Under the pieces are notes generated by a model. That model worked only from the letters and a program-made list of their open reading frames with translations. It ran no database searches and was not told the origin of the DNA. A stretch of 64,000 nt of DNA from Candidatus Nezhaarchaeales archaeon (lineage in GTDB: Archaea > Thermoproteota > Methanomethylicia > Nezhaarchaeales > WYZ-LMO8), in the NCBI GenBank assembly GCA_038887515.1, contig JAWAKK010000001.1:576001-640000 (forward strand), read 5' to 3'. Shown one piece after another: positions 19,778-30,199 of the stretch (positions are counted from its first letter, which is position 1; each line of letters starts with the position of its first letter). The translations under genes and the position numbers were made by a program.

Positions 19778-20359
19778 TCATTCTATGTGTCTAAACTTCT
19801 GCGTGTATGGACCTTCTCCAGGTTTCCTACGTCTAAAGTGCCCGGAAGGCCTTCCTTCTAGGAGTTCTTGGAACCAAGCCTCGTGCTCTATCTCCTCATG
19901 TAAGATCGATAGCGATAGGTCGTATGTTCTCGGATCCTTGCCGAAGGTCATGTTGCATATCTCCGTATAAACTCTTACTGCACATCTCTCAGCTTCCAGC
20001 AAGACCTTGAGGATGGCCTTTAAATCGCTGGGATCCGCAGGTAAGTAAGCCGCCGGACAGGCGGCGGCGTCGTGGAGTTCTTTAAGGTCCCTATAAAGTT
20101 CGCCTCCAAGCTCATATATGCGTGGCACAAGAGCCTCGAAATGAAGCCTATCTTCAAGCCTAGCGTCCTCTACGACCTCCTTTATAGCTTCTCCTTCTAG
20201 CCCTGTACAATGCATTCTCAAAAGGGTATAATAGTAGTACGTAGTGAACTCGGCGGCAGCTGCCCTCTTCAACTTATCTATCAGGAGGTCGACGTCGACT
20301 CCAGCTTTTTCAACCATTTCCCTTCCAACGTTAGTAGAATACTTCCTCTCTTTTACCAT
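19778..20359 (-). CDS. dps: DPS-like (DpsL) ferritin-family protein
   Basis: [44 protein letters not shown]. Confidence 0.93.
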   Translation of the reverse strand: MVKERKYSTNVGREMVEKAGVDVDLLIDKLKRAAAAEFTTYYYYTLLRMHCTGLEGEAIKEVVEDARLEDRLHFEALVPRIYELGGELYRDLKELHDAAACPAAYLPADPSDLKAILKVLLEAERCAVRVYTEICNMTFGKDPRTYDLSLSILHEEIEHEAWFQELLEGRPSGHFRRRKPGEGPYTQKFRHIE

Positions 20360-20702
20360 AACTTTGCATCCCTCAATTTTAAAAACAGACCTTTAATCTA
20401 TTAAATGTGTATTCAGTTTTTTGTATGTCTTAAAAAACTAATCATTGTACTATTTCGATTTATAAAAATAAAAGAGTATTACGTAGAATGAGAAGCTATA
20501 TTATAAGTAAAGTAGCTCTCCACCGTAATAGTAAGTTGTAATTGGAGAACCGTGAACTCAAGTTATCCTGCCTACCTAAGTAAACTTAAGTAAAAATGCA
20601 AAACATTTAGCATTGAAACTTGAGTTGCAGTTGAAGATGGCTGCAATTCTTAGCCCTTGCACCTACGAAGAGGTCCCCCATAAATGGTAAGCCGGTCCTT
20701 TA

Positions 20703-21446
20703 TTACTTAATTATGGAGTCTAGGATCATCATTATGATGAAGCCTGCTATTAGTCCGAAAGTCGCTTCCCTACCAAAGCCCTTCCTGTGAATCTCAGGGA
20801 TCATCTCGTCGACCACCACGAAGATCATGGCCCCAGCCGCGAACGCTAGGCCCCAAGGCAGTAGAGAATGGGAAGCCGACACTAGTATCAGTCCCAGTAG
20901 TCCTCCGAGAGGCTCAACTATGCCTGTAAGGGCCGCGTAGCCGATGGCTCTTAGAGGGCTATACCCTTCCCGTAAGAGGGGGAGCGCTACTGCTAGCCCT
21001 TCAGGTAAGTTCTGTAGCCCTATAGCCATAGCGATGACTAGCCCGGATTCCACGTTCCCCGTGCCGAAGCTCACGCCTACAGCCAATCCCTCAGGGAAGT
21101 TGTGTATCGTTATGGCTATGGTTAGCAACCATACGTGCGATAGCTTTGACGGCGGCCCCTCAGCACCGGCTACTGGATGGAAGTGAGGGATTAAGCGGTC
21201 TATGGCGTGAAGTGCCAGAGCGCCTACTCCGAGACCTGCAGCCGATATTAGTGATCCGCCTAACTCGACGGCCGGCACCAATAGGCTGAAGGTGGATGCG
21301 GCCAGCATAATTCCAGCAGCGAGCCCTAGAAGGATGTCTAGTAAGCTTTCCGAAACCTCCTTTACAAAGAGTACCGGTAGCGCCCCAGCGCCCGTGGCTA
21401 GGCCAGCTACTAAGCTGGCCGTGAATCCTATAAGTATTGGGTCCAT
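20703..21446 (-). CDS. ZIP family metal transporter (GufA/ZupT)
   Basis: AITIHNFPEGLAVG, GLQNLPEG, EMIPE. Confidence 0.92.
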   Translation of the reverse strand: MDPILIGFTASLVAGLATGAGALPVLFVKEVSESLLDILLGLAAGIMLAASTFSLLVPAVELGGSLISAAGLGVGALALHAIDRLIPHFHPVAGAEGPPSKLSHVWLLTIAITIHNFPEGLAVGVSFGTGNVESGLVIAMAIGLQNLPEGLAVALPLLREGYSPLRAIGYAALTGIVEPLGGLLGLILVSASHSLLPWGLAFAAGAMIFVVVDEMIPEIHRKGFGREATFGLIAGFIIMMILDSIIK

Positions 21447-21491
21447 CGGTACCGCTCATCTCGTACCGTATTTCGATAATCCCTAACTCAT

Positions 21492-22694
21492 TTAGCGTAG
21501 CCCAAGTCTAGGCTTCCAGGAGCTAGCGGAATATTCCCGTAAGACTTGTTGGTATACCTTTAAGGTCTTCTCCCCTATAGCGTCCCAAGAGTAAGCTTCT
21601 TGCGTGCTCCTAGCGCCGTTCTCGCCCATCCTCCTCGCCACGTCTTGGTTATCGATCAAGTACTCAATCGCTGAGCTCAGTGCAAGTGCATCGCCTGCAG
21701 GTACTTTTAACCCATTGAAGCCGTTAACAACTATCTCCGACAAGCCTCCAACGTCTGAAACTATGACGGGCTTTCCGGCCGACATGGCCTCTAGGGCTAC
21801 TATGCCAAAGGGCTCGTACAGGCTGGGGAAGACAGCTACATCACTTATCCTGTACAACCTCATGAGTTCGAGGTCCTCGACGAAGCCAGTAAAATAGAAT
21901 TTATGTCTGAACCCAGTCCTATCGACCTTATCCATAAGCTCCTTGCGCATTGGCCCTTCACCCACAACAATTACCTTTAAGTCCTGTCTCTTCGATAGTA
22001 GCCTTAGTGCCGCTTCTACCAGTACGTGAGGCCCCTTTTCGTACGTCATCCTCCCCACGAAAAGTACTATCTTCTCCCAGTCCTCAGCGTAGTTCCTCCT
22101 TAACTCTTGGAGGCTTACGAAATCCTGCATACGTATAGATTCAACCCCGTTGGGTATCACGATGATTTTATCGTCCGGTACGCCTAACGACCTCCTCAGC
22201 TCGTCCTTCATGTAGTTGCTGCACACTATCACCTTCCAGCTTTCGTAAGTTAGCCACCACTCGACTTCGTGGATGTGTCGTTGCAACACGTCCTGTATTA
22301 GCCCGCCCCGCCTACCGTACTCGGTCGAGTGCACAGTCGATATAAGCGGCTTCCTAAGTAAGTGCTTAAGTGTAATGCCAGCCGTCGCCGTCAACCAATC
22401 GTGAACGTGAACTACAGAGAAGTCATCTTCCTCTTCGAGGGCGGCCTCTACCATGTTTAAGTTGAACTGGTGGACCCACGACGGAAAGTCGCTCGATTGG
22501 AATCCGCAGCTCGTGACCCTAATGACCTTCAGGTTCTTCTCCTGCTCTATTGTTGGAACCTCAGGATAATCGAGTGTTATGACGGTTACGCTTACATCTC
22601 TACGAGCTAGGGTTCTTGAAAGCCAGTAAACGTGGCGGGCTAGTCCACCTATAATTCTAGGCGGGTACTCCCAGCTAAGCATTAAGACCCTCAT
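21492..22694 (-). CDS. GT4 glycosyltransferase (glycogen synthase-like)
   Basis: SWEYPPRIIGGLARHV, HDWL, HSTEYGR, PSLYEPFGIVALEAM. Confidence 0.88.
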   Translation of the reverse strand: MRVLMLSWEYPPRIIGGLARHVYWLSRTLARRDVSVTVITLDYPEVPTIEQEKNLKVIRVTSCGFQSSDFPSWVHQFNLNMVEAALEEEDDFSVVHVHDWLTATAGITLKHLLRKPLISTVHSTEYGRRGGLIQDVLQRHIHEVEWWLTYESWKVIVCSNYMKDELRRSLGVPDDKIIVIPNGVESIRMQDFVSLQELRRNYAEDWEKIVLFVGRMTYEKGPHVLVEAALRLLSKRQDLKVIVVGEGPMRKELMDKVDRTGFRHKFYFTGFVEDLELMRLYRISDVAVFPSLYEPFGIVALEAMSAGKPVIVSDVGGLSEIVVNGFNGLKVPAGDALALSSAIEYLIDNQDVARRMGENGARSTQEAYSWDAIGEKTLKVYQQVLREYSASSWKPRLGLR

Positions 22695-23275
22695 TTCCTG
22701 TTCAGGACCTCCTCAACGGCAGTAGGGACTTCTTTTGGGCTCGCCGCGACCTTGACCTTGTTGCTAGGCAACTTGTACTCCCGAAGTAACCTGAGAAAAG
22801 CTTCGTTGGTCCTTGCAAGTACTAAGTCAGAACGATATAGAGATTGCGACTCTAAGCCGCGAATACTTAAGCTTAGGAGGTTCATTTCGCTAGCCCTCAT
22901 GCTTTCAACGCTGAAGACTGAGGATACCATGGGTTTCTTCAAGTAACACTTAATTAAGAAGCCAAGAATCGTTCCAGTCCACTCGTATGAGAGTATTAAG
23001 TCAATTTTAGGGTGCTCGCAAGATTCATGAATTATTGATGAGAAGGCCCTAGAGAAGGCGCCCATGGCTGACAACACGCTCGTCACTATGTTCGTGTTAC
23101 TCTTTATCGTTATTGCGACCGAATGGTATACAATTCCATCACTTCTAAATCTTTCATCGGAGTGCCACGGGTATAAAATTACTACTTCGTAGCCTCTATT
23201 CACGAGTTCTTGAGCGTCTTCCCTTACTAGTAGGCCTATCGTACCATCGATATGCCAGGTAACTGCGAGTATCAA
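22691..23275 (-). CDS. Degenerate GT4 N-terminal-domain-only protein
   Basis: Weak correspondence to the GT4 N-domain (DLILSYEW, KPMVSSVFSVE); no nucleotide-sugar-binding C-domain; overlaps the next GT4 start. Confidence 0.6.
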   Translation of the reverse strand: MILAVTWHIDGTIGLLVREDAQELVNRGYEVVILYPWHSDERFRSDGIVYHSVAITIKSNTNIVTSVLSAMGAFSRAFSSIIHESCEHPKIDLILSYEWTGTILGFLIKCYLKKPMVSSVFSVESMRASEMNLLSLSIRGLESQSLYRSDLVLARTNEAFLRLLREYKLPSNKVKVAASPKEVPTAVEEVLNRK

Positions 23276-23292
23276 CAGCGTGCACCCGCCTG

Positions 23293-23538
23293 TTAACTAC
23301 TTATGGAGAGAGCAGAGATGATCCCCCTGTAGGTTAGGTAGAATCGACCGCCCTCCTCATTAACGTAGCCGAGCTCCTTACAGCACTTTAAGAGCTCGTT
23401 TACTTCGTTCTCGTTCATCATCTTGGAGTACTTCGCGATTTCGCTTATGCCGACGGCCGTTTCGTCGTTTATTGCCGATAAAAAGTACATGACCGATAAG
23501 ACCTTATGTATCCTAGATATTAATTCGCACCCGTTCAT
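23293..23538 (-). CDS. Small winged-HTH protein
   Basis: ISEIAK...VNELLK..KELGYV..EGGRFYLTYRG wHTH pattern; ATG directly after the upstream stop. Confidence 0.6.
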   Translation of the reverse strand: MNGCELISRIHKVLSVMYFLSAINDETAVGISEIAKYSKMMNENEVNELLKCCKELGYVNEEGGRFYLTYRGIISALSISS

Positions 23539-23540
23539 AA

Positions 23541-25601
23541 CTAACCCTTCAGCAAGAAGTACTCTACAAAGGGATCGCACCAGTGGCTCCAGTACTGTGC
23601 GTAGTTCTTTACTGGCACTGGGTTTAAAGACGTTTCTCCTAAGTAACTTGGGTTTATGCCTATCGGTAAGCTGAAGAGCTCGTTGCAGTATCCTATAGCG
23701 CCTTCAGAGATCATGTGGTCTAAGTTGTTCACTAGGATCCCGTAAGGGTCTAGACCGAGGACCTTCATGACCTCTACGAGGTATGGAGTATCTCGAGGCC
23801 AGATTACCGGACCGTGATACTCCAGGTCTCCTAGGTATGGTCTTTCTTCGACCCTCCTGGCAATTATACCGAAAGGCTCCCAGGAGCTACCTAAGCTTAC
23901 CAGCCTCCTCTTAACAGTCATAGCCTCTATTGAGCTCCACATGCTCGATAGCTCCTCACCATAAGCTATACCTTTGAGTATAGTTAGCGCCACTACGCCA
24001 GCCGAGCTTGGGGTTTCGTCCCTTAAGTTGCTTGAAGGTTCTATGGTAAGCGGCGGTAGGCTACTTCTCGAATAGAACCACTTCTTGTAGCCGTCGAGCA
24101 GCTCACATTTCACGTCGTGAAGTTCTTTATCGGCTTTAACCTCAGAGTCCTGGGCAGCCTTCAGTAAGCTATCTAAACCCTCTATGAATAGAGCGTTAAC
24201 CTCTACTAGGGCGAAGAGGTCTTGGGGGGAGACCTTCCACATCCAGTTCAAGGGTAGCCTAGTGGGCCACTTCAGGTCATTGACGGCGTAAATGACGTCC
24301 ATCCATGAGGAGTTAGCCCTACATAGAATCAAGCCGTCGCGAATTATGCAACCGGAGAAGCCGTCTCCAGCCCTCATTAGCTTGAGGGCGGTCGACGTGA
24401 GTCTTAAAGCTTCCCTCACAAGGGCCTTCTCGCCTGTTAGATAGTATAGCTTCGCTGCTATGCTCATTAGTTGAGGGAAGGCATCGCTAGAATAGTCTCC
24501 TTCGCGTAGGAAGGTCTTTAATCCTTTAAGTTCTTTGGCTTCTAGGAGCAACTTTCTAACTAGTTCCACAAGCCAACTTGAAAGCCCTAAAACAGTAGTG
24601 TAGGTCAGTAAGTTCCACCTTAAGCCTTCGAGGAGGTCCCTAGCCCACACCCTCTTAAACCACATAGCCCCCGCTTCTGGGGCCAGTATGGAGTTTAAAG
24701 GTATGCCGAAGCCCAATAACCTGTCTACCCTTAAGACCAGCGCGTCGATTACCTTAACGGACACTTTACCCCTAATCCTCTCCTCAAGTTCCCTACGAAG
24801 CCTCTTCAACTTCCCTTTAACTTTGAGGTCTATCCTCTTGAAGTTCCACGCCTTTAACGGTACTTCGACGTTAATAGTGCCTCCATCGCACTTTAAAGCT
24901 ATGGGCATCCTTACCCTACGGACGTGCCTTACGAAGTAAGGCTTGCCTCCCTCTAAGGTCCTAAATCCATCGCCGAGCTTGTAGATCCAATCGAAGGACA
25001 ACTCTAGCTTATAGACCTCGCTGAAGCCCCTTATCTTCAAACTTAACGGAATGGTCTCGGGCTCTACAGTAATTGCTTCACCTTCTTGAATCAACTTAAA
25101 GTTCGATTCTACGCAAGTATCCATGTCGTAGAAGGCTAGGAGGGGGGCGAAGATTGATGGTCTAGATGCTGAAGCTTCTAGGACGCCTCGGCCCTCTTCG
25201 ACCCTTATGGAAACTGTAACCTCGTACTTATCGCCACGATCGTCTACATACGCGTAGCGTGCACTTCTCCTTCCAATAGTTACCGTTATCGGTTTAAGGC
25301 TTTCAGCTCCAATAGGTTTGTAGTATATTGCATCTAGGACCTTGTACAGCCTATTGTTAAGGGGGCCCACCAATAAGCCCTGCCAGGAGAAGTCCCTATT
25401 ACCGCCATGTAGAAGCCCTATGGGCGTCGCTATCGGGGCGTCGAAGTTGGAGGTAGAGTATTCGAGCAAAATGTCTTTCAATAAAACGTGCTTATTCCTA
25501 GCGTAATCCCAATCGGGGTCCTCGTAGGGTTCAATTTCGCAGAGAACGTCGAACCTCTTGGTAAGGTGTATTTCAGCCATCATTATCAATTTGAAAAACA
25601 C
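23541..25601 (-). CDS. Amylo-alpha-1,6-glucosidase / glycogen debranching-like enzyme
   Basis: EAGAMWFKRVWARD, SWMD, VEVNAL, YHGPVIWPRD, ELF..., QYWS motifs of the GDE_C family. Confidence 0.8.
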   Translation of the reverse strand: MFFKLIMMAEIHLTKRFDVLCEIEPYEDPDWDYARNKHVLLKDILLEYSTSNFDAPIATPIGLLHGGNRDFSWQGLLVGPLNNRLYKVLDAIYYKPIGAESLKPITVTIGRRSARYAYVDDRGDKYEVTVSIRVEEGRGVLEASASRPSIFAPLLAFYDMDTCVESNFKLIQEGEAITVEPETIPLSLKIRGFSEVYKLELSFDWIYKLGDGFRTLEGGKPYFVRHVRRVRMPIALKCDGGTINVEVPLKAWNFKRIDLKVKGKLKRLRRELEERIRGKVSVKVIDALVLRVDRLLGFGIPLNSILAPEAGAMWFKRVWARDLLEGLRWNLLTYTTVLGLSSWLVELVRKLLLEAKELKGLKTFLREGDYSSDAFPQLMSIAAKLYYLTGEKALVREALRLTSTALKLMRAGDGFSGCIIRDGLILCRANSSWMDVIYAVNDLKWPTRLPLNWMWKVSPQDLFALVEVNALFIEGLDSLLKAAQDSEVKADKELHDVKCELLDGYKKWFYSRSSLPPLTIEPSSNLRDETPSSAGVVALTILKGIAYGEELSSMWSSIEAMTVKRRLVSLGSSWEPFGIIARRVEERPYLGDLEYHGPVIWPRDTPYLVEVMKVLGLDPYGILVNNLDHMISEGAIGYCNELFSLPIGINPSYLGETSLNPVPVKNYAQYWSHWCDPFVEYFLLKG

Positions 25602-25627
25602 CTACGAAAATATAAGCATTAAGGGGT

Positions 25628-27124
25628 TTAACGTAAGCGTTTCGATCCCTCTAGGACCCTAATAGCGGCTTCTAGAGCAGATCCATAGCCCTTCTCTATA
25701 GCCAAGTCTATTGTGTTTGCGAGATCTACCCAAAGAAGGACCTCCCTAATCCACTTTTGCAAATAGCCGCGAGCAACGTGTAGCTCTGCGACCTCCCTAT
25801 CAATCCTCTTTAGGGACTCTAAAGCCTCTCCAAGGCTTCTAGCTTCGCATAGTATCATCCCGTTCCACAGAAACCTGAATGAAAGTGCAGGCGGTGTCTT
25901 AACCTTCCAAGCGTACTCCTCTATTCTCTTCATGTACTCCCTCAAGGTCTCTTCGTATAGCGATGTAAGCAGTGAGACGTAGCTAGCGAAGGCGTCAAGG
26001 GGCTTCTTGAATGGACTAAAGTATAAGTGGACTTCACCTGAAGAGCCCTTCTTCGAAGACATGTAGTAGAAGTTGTCACTTACGCCGAATAGCCTCCAAT
26101 GCCTCAGGTACTCGCCTCCAACGGCCTTCGCGTACATTCCAAGCTCTTCGTAGAGCTTTAAAGCTTTAATTTGAAGGTCTGAGCCGATCCATGCGCTCAC
26201 GTCTTTTTCGACGTCAGCCCAACTTATGGTGCTCCAGGGTGGAACGTCGTAAACACCCACCGGTCTATACCTTGAAGAGGCCTCCGATACAGTCATGACT
26301 TCTATCCTTCTAGCATTGAGTTCGTAGGGAAGCCACTTTAAGAACTCGAGTATCCCGGTCTCCGGCCAATGATGTTCTCCAAAGGTCTCGAAATCCATGG
26401 CTACGAAGACTACATCGCCAGCGCTATTCAATATCCAGTCGGCGTACTTGTCGGCGGTGAGCGGGTATTGGTCCCACGCGCTGTTAGAAAACCTGAACGC
26501 AACGTCGTCGCTCAACCTATAGTTTCTCAGTAGCAACTTTAAGTCGCAGCCGTAGGCAGAGTACACGTAGTTGGGGCTTCTCCAAGCAAGAAGCCTTTCA
26601 ACGCCCTCCGTAACACATGTTTTAAAGCCCATATCGTGGAGCGTCTTGCCTATAACGTTGTTGTATATGAACTCCGTAGCTTCGGCAGCCTTAGGCCCTA
26701 GGCCGAAGACTTCCGATATTACCTCTACGCATTCGTCAACCTGCTCCTTAAACTCCTCTAAGTCCGAGAGTAGTGGAGAGATGCTGTGATAATACGTTTG
26801 GGCTATTAGTTCTACGTTCCCGGTATCGACGGCTTTACGTAGGAGGTCTACGAGGTCGCTACAGTACTTAACCGCTTGCTCTATCCAGATTCCACTTATA
26901 CCTAGCGAGACCTTAAAGTTTTGGGTTTTAATGTTCTCTAAGATAGTTTGGAGGGCAGGCTTGTAGCACTTAAGTGAGACCCTCTTGAATACCTCCTTGT
27001 TTAGCTGTTCATCGTAAGCGGCATCGATGCCCCGAGAAATAAGGTCCAATAAGCACTTTGCGTTATATGGTCTAAGTCTTACGGGTTGATGTAGCTCGAA
27101 CATGAAGGCTACGCTTTTAGCCAT
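25628..27124 (-). CDS. GH57 alpha-amylase family protein
   Basis: FELHQP, QTYYHS, TEFIY, RNYRLSDD, MDFETFGEH, SWAD. Confidence 0.9.
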   Translation of the reverse strand: MAKSVAFMFELHQPVRLRPYNAKCLLDLISRGIDAAYDEQLNKEVFKRVSLKCYKPALQTILENIKTQNFKVSLGISGIWIEQAVKYCSDLVDLLRKAVDTGNVELIAQTYYHSISPLLSDLEEFKEQVDECVEVISEVFGLGPKAAEATEFIYNNVIGKTLHDMGFKTCVTEGVERLLAWRSPNYVYSAYGCDLKLLLRNYRLSDDVAFRFSNSAWDQYPLTADKYADWILNSAGDVVFVAMDFETFGEHHWPETGILEFLKWLPYELNARRIEVMTVSEASSRYRPVGVYDVPPWSTISWADVEKDVSAWIGSDLQIKALKLYEELGMYAKAVGGEYLRHWRLFGVSDNFYYMSSKKGSSGEVHLYFSPFKKPLDAFASYVSLLTSLYEETLREYMKRIEEYAWKVKTPPALSFRFLWNGMILCEARSLGEALESLKRIDREVAELHVARGYLQKWIREVLLWVDLANTIDLAIEKGYGSALEAAIRVLEGSKRLR

Positions 27125-27212
27125 AGACAGATAGCTTTGCTTCGATAGGAAAGTATATAAGCTTTAAGTTAAAAATGGAGCCAATAAACCCCCGCCTAGA
27201 GGATGCCTGAAA

Positions 27213-28772
27213 ATGTCGACGAATCAGCGACGGGATAGGGCGATCATCAGCATAACTCCGGACTTAGCGCTAGACCTTGGCTACAACTACGCTGGCGGCC
27301 TGGGGATTCTTGAGGGAGATAAGTTTTATGCCGCTTCGAAGCTTGGACTACGTTACTTCGTTTTTTCCCTATTCTATAGAGGTGGGTATGTGGACTATAG
27401 CTTTGATACACAGGATTCTCCTATTCCTCTACCACAACCACAACCGAAAGAGTTCATTGAGAGGTTAAGGCTCTTCGACGAGCTAAAGCTCAAACTTAAG
27501 GGAGAGACCGTATACGTTAGGGCCTTCGAGTATTGCGAAGGAACCTCAAAAGCACTTTTCTTTAGCGCCGAGAACCCCGAGTGGGCAGCGAAATTAACTG
27601 AGAGGCTCTACATAGAGGACTCCGTCGAAGAGCGCTTCTATAAGTATACTCTGCTTGCCAAAGCTTCGGAGGCATACATACGTCGTGCCATAGCTCTCGA
27701 CGACATAGAGTACATAGATCTCCAAGAAGCATACGCAGCTCTACTGCCCTTATTCTTAAGGATACCAGGAAAATATAGGCTCGTAATACATACTGCTGGC
27801 CCTTGGGGGCACCCAACGTTCTCTCGAGACTTATTTAGGAGAGAGTATGGGTACATGTTCGTTGACCAAGATATAGTCCTAACCGAGATAGGCCTATCGG
27901 CTTCAAAGCAAGCCTTTGCAGTTTCAGCGAAGCATCTAGATATATTGTTGAAAGTCTTTCCACATCACGGCGAGAAGCTCACCTACGTTACCAACGGCAT
28001 AAACCTGGAGAAGTGGATGGATGGTGAGCTTAGAAAGAAGTATGAAAACCACGAACTTACGCTAGATAGGTTTATAGACGTTAGGCTTAGATTGAAGGAT
28101 TCGCTAATAGAGTTATTAAGGAAGTACAAGGACATAGACTATGAGGATAAGTTCATAGCTGTATGGTCTAGGAGGATCGTGGCGTACAAGAGACCTGACT
28201 TTCCTGTAAGGCTAATCTCCGATTCTAAGGACCTGCCGATAGTCTTTGTGCTTAGCGGCAAAGCGCACCCCCACGACGTTAAGGGATTAGAGTTCATGAA
28301 GTTGTTCAGAAGGATCCACAAGGAAGTGGAGAACGTCGTATACATACCCAATTACTCAAGGAAAATAGCTAAGATATTGCTAAGCGGAGCCGACTTACTT
28401 CTATTCACACCGTTCTCAGGGTGGGAAGCCTGTGGAACAAGCTACATGAAGGCAGCAGTGAACGGGGTCCCATCACTCTCGTCTAGGGATGGAGGGATTT
28501 TAGAGTTCTTGGTGGACGGCATAAACGGCTGGCTCTTCGGAGAAGATCTTAGAACGTTGATAGATTACTATTCCCCCGAGGCTCAAAAGATTAACGAGGA
28601 AGAGTACGCTCAATTCCGAGACCTCTTCTTTAAAGTGCACGAACTGTACAGGAATAATCCAGAGGGCTACTACAAGGTGGGGTCAAACGCCTTAAGAACA
28701 TTCGTCGCGCGTGCAAACATGGAGAGGGTGATGAAGGAGTATTATCCAGGGCTCGTGAAGCCGATAGTATGA
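27213..28772 (+). CDS. glgP: Alpha-glucan (glycogen) phosphorylase, short archaeal type
   Basis: YAGGLGILEGD, VTNGI, RRIVAYKRP, GKAHP, EACGTSYMKA (PLP Lys). Confidence 0.9.
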   Translation: MSTNQRRDRAIISITPDLALDLGYNYAGGLGILEGDKFYAASKLGLRYFVFSLFYRGGYVDYSFDTQDSPIPLPQPQPKEFIERLRLFDELKLKLKGETVYVRAFEYCEGTSKALFFSAENPEWAAKLTERLYIEDSVEERFYKYTLLAKASEAYIRRAIALDDIEYIDLQEAYAALLPLFLRIPGKYRLVIHTAGPWGHPTFSRDLFRREYGYMFVDQDIVLTEIGLSASKQAFAVSAKHLDILLKVFPHHGEKLTYVTNGINLEKWMDGELRKKYENHELTLDRFIDVRLRLKDSLIELLRKYKDIDYEDKFIAVWSRRIVAYKRPDFPVRLISDSKDLPIVFVLSGKAHPHDVKGLEFMKLFRRIHKEVENVVYIPNYSRKIAKILLSGADLLLFTPFSGWEACGTSYMKAAVNGVPSLSSRDGGILEFLVDGINGWLFGEDLRTLIDYYSPEAQKINEEEYAQFRDLFFKVHELYRNNPEGYYKVGSNALRTFVARANMERVMKEYYPGLVKPIV

Positions 28773-29004
28773 CGCTTACGCGGTCGACAATCTTAAGCTT
28801 AAGGCGATGTTCGGCGGTCCTGTAACTTAAACATTCCGCAAGGCTAGATGAGACGTTAACATCTAGGCTCCTTACTTAAGCTTAAGATGGCGAGAACTAA
28901 GTTAGCCTATTCTCTAAACCTTTTGTTAGATATATTTATATGCTCCGCATAAACATCATTTATTGTATATTTACGGGCACGAATATTACATTAGGTGGCT
29001 TCAT

Positions 29005-30135
29005 GTGGGTAAGGTAAGAGTTGCGCTAATAGGTGTAGGGAATTGTGCTTCAGCGGTCGTTCAAGGGGTATTTTACTATAGGTGCGCCGATGATGACGTT
29101 AATATTCCTGGACTTCTTCATCCAAAGCTTGGCGGCTACCACATAAGCGACGTGGAGTTCGTAACGGCATTCGACGTGTCTAAAGAAAAGATAGGTAGAG
29201 ACCTTAGCGAAGCCATCTTTGCTTATCCGAACATAACCAAAAAGTTTGCTTACGTGCCTAAGCTCGGCGTAGAAGTTAAACCTGGACCCGTGCTTGACGG
29301 AGTCGCCCCTCACATGGTTGATTGTTTCAAACCTCACGACATGGATATAAGCTTGGACTTCGTGGTCGACGAGCTGAAAAGCTCTCGGGCCGAAGTTGTC
29401 GTTAACATGCTTCCAGTCGGTAGCGAAGAGGCTACAAGGTTTTATGCGGAGGCTACCGCTATAGCTGGCGCATCGTTCGTTAACGGGATTCCTGTCTTCA
29501 TAGCCAGCGACCCGGAGGGCTATTGGCCTAAAAGGTATCAGAAGGCCGGCGTCCCACTACTAGGTGACGACATCAAAGGGCAACTTGGAGCTACGATACT
29601 ACATACAGCGCTTGTATCGTTATTGAGGGATAGAGGTGTTAAGCTTGTTGAGACCTATCAGCTTAACGTCGGCGGCAATACGGATTTCCTGAACATGACG
29701 GTTGAGGATAGGCTTAAGAGCAAGAGGATAAGCAAGACGAGGGCTGTAACAAGCTTGGTGCCTGATGGATTTCGCCTTGAAGAGGAAGGAAGGATGAGGA
29801 TTGGTCCTAGCGACTACGTACCTTTCCTAGGCAATACCAAGGTCTGCTACATATACGCTAGGGGGTTGAGCTTCGCAGACTTTCCGGTAGAGCTCGAAGT
29901 CAAGCTCAAGGTTGACGATAAGTCTATGTTTGCTGGAGCGATGATAGATGCCATAAGGTTAGCCAAGGTAGCTATGGATAGAGGGCTATGTGGCCCCGTG
30001 CCCGAAGTATGTGCCTACTACTTTAAACATCCTCCCAAGCACGCTCCAAGTCCTCAAGTAGCGTTAGAGTGGCTTAAAGAATTCCTTGAAGAAGGAGCGG
30101 AGCCAATAGGGGAGGAGGCCATCATCGTTAAGTAA
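29005..30135 (+). CDS. ino1: myo-inositol-1(3)-phosphate synthase
   Basis: IGVGNCASA, GDDIKGQLGAT, QLNVGGNTDFLN, SKRISKT, YFKHPP. GTG start after a GGTG RBS. Confidence 0.92.
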   Translation: MGKVRVALIGVGNCASAVVQGVFYYRCADDDVNIPGLLHPKLGGYHISDVEFVTAFDVSKEKIGRDLSEAIFAYPNITKKFAYVPKLGVEVKPGPVLDGVAPHMVDCFKPHDMDISLDFVVDELKSSRAEVVVNMLPVGSEEATRFYAEATAIAGASFVNGIPVFIASDPEGYWPKRYQKAGVPLLGDDIKGQLGATILHTALVSLLRDRGVKLVETYQLNVGGNTDFLNMTVEDRLKSKRISKTRAVTSLVPDGFRLEEEGRMRIGPSDYVPFLGNTKVCYIYARGLSFADFPVELEVKLKVDDKSMFAGAMIDAIRLAKVAMDRGLCGPVPEVCAYYFKHPPKHAPSPQVALEWLKEFLEEGAEPIGEEAIIVK

Positions 30136-30199
30136 GAAGGAAATTCCTTAACCTTAAAATGCAAGGTATAGGTTAGAATTTCAAGAGGGTGTCATTCGG

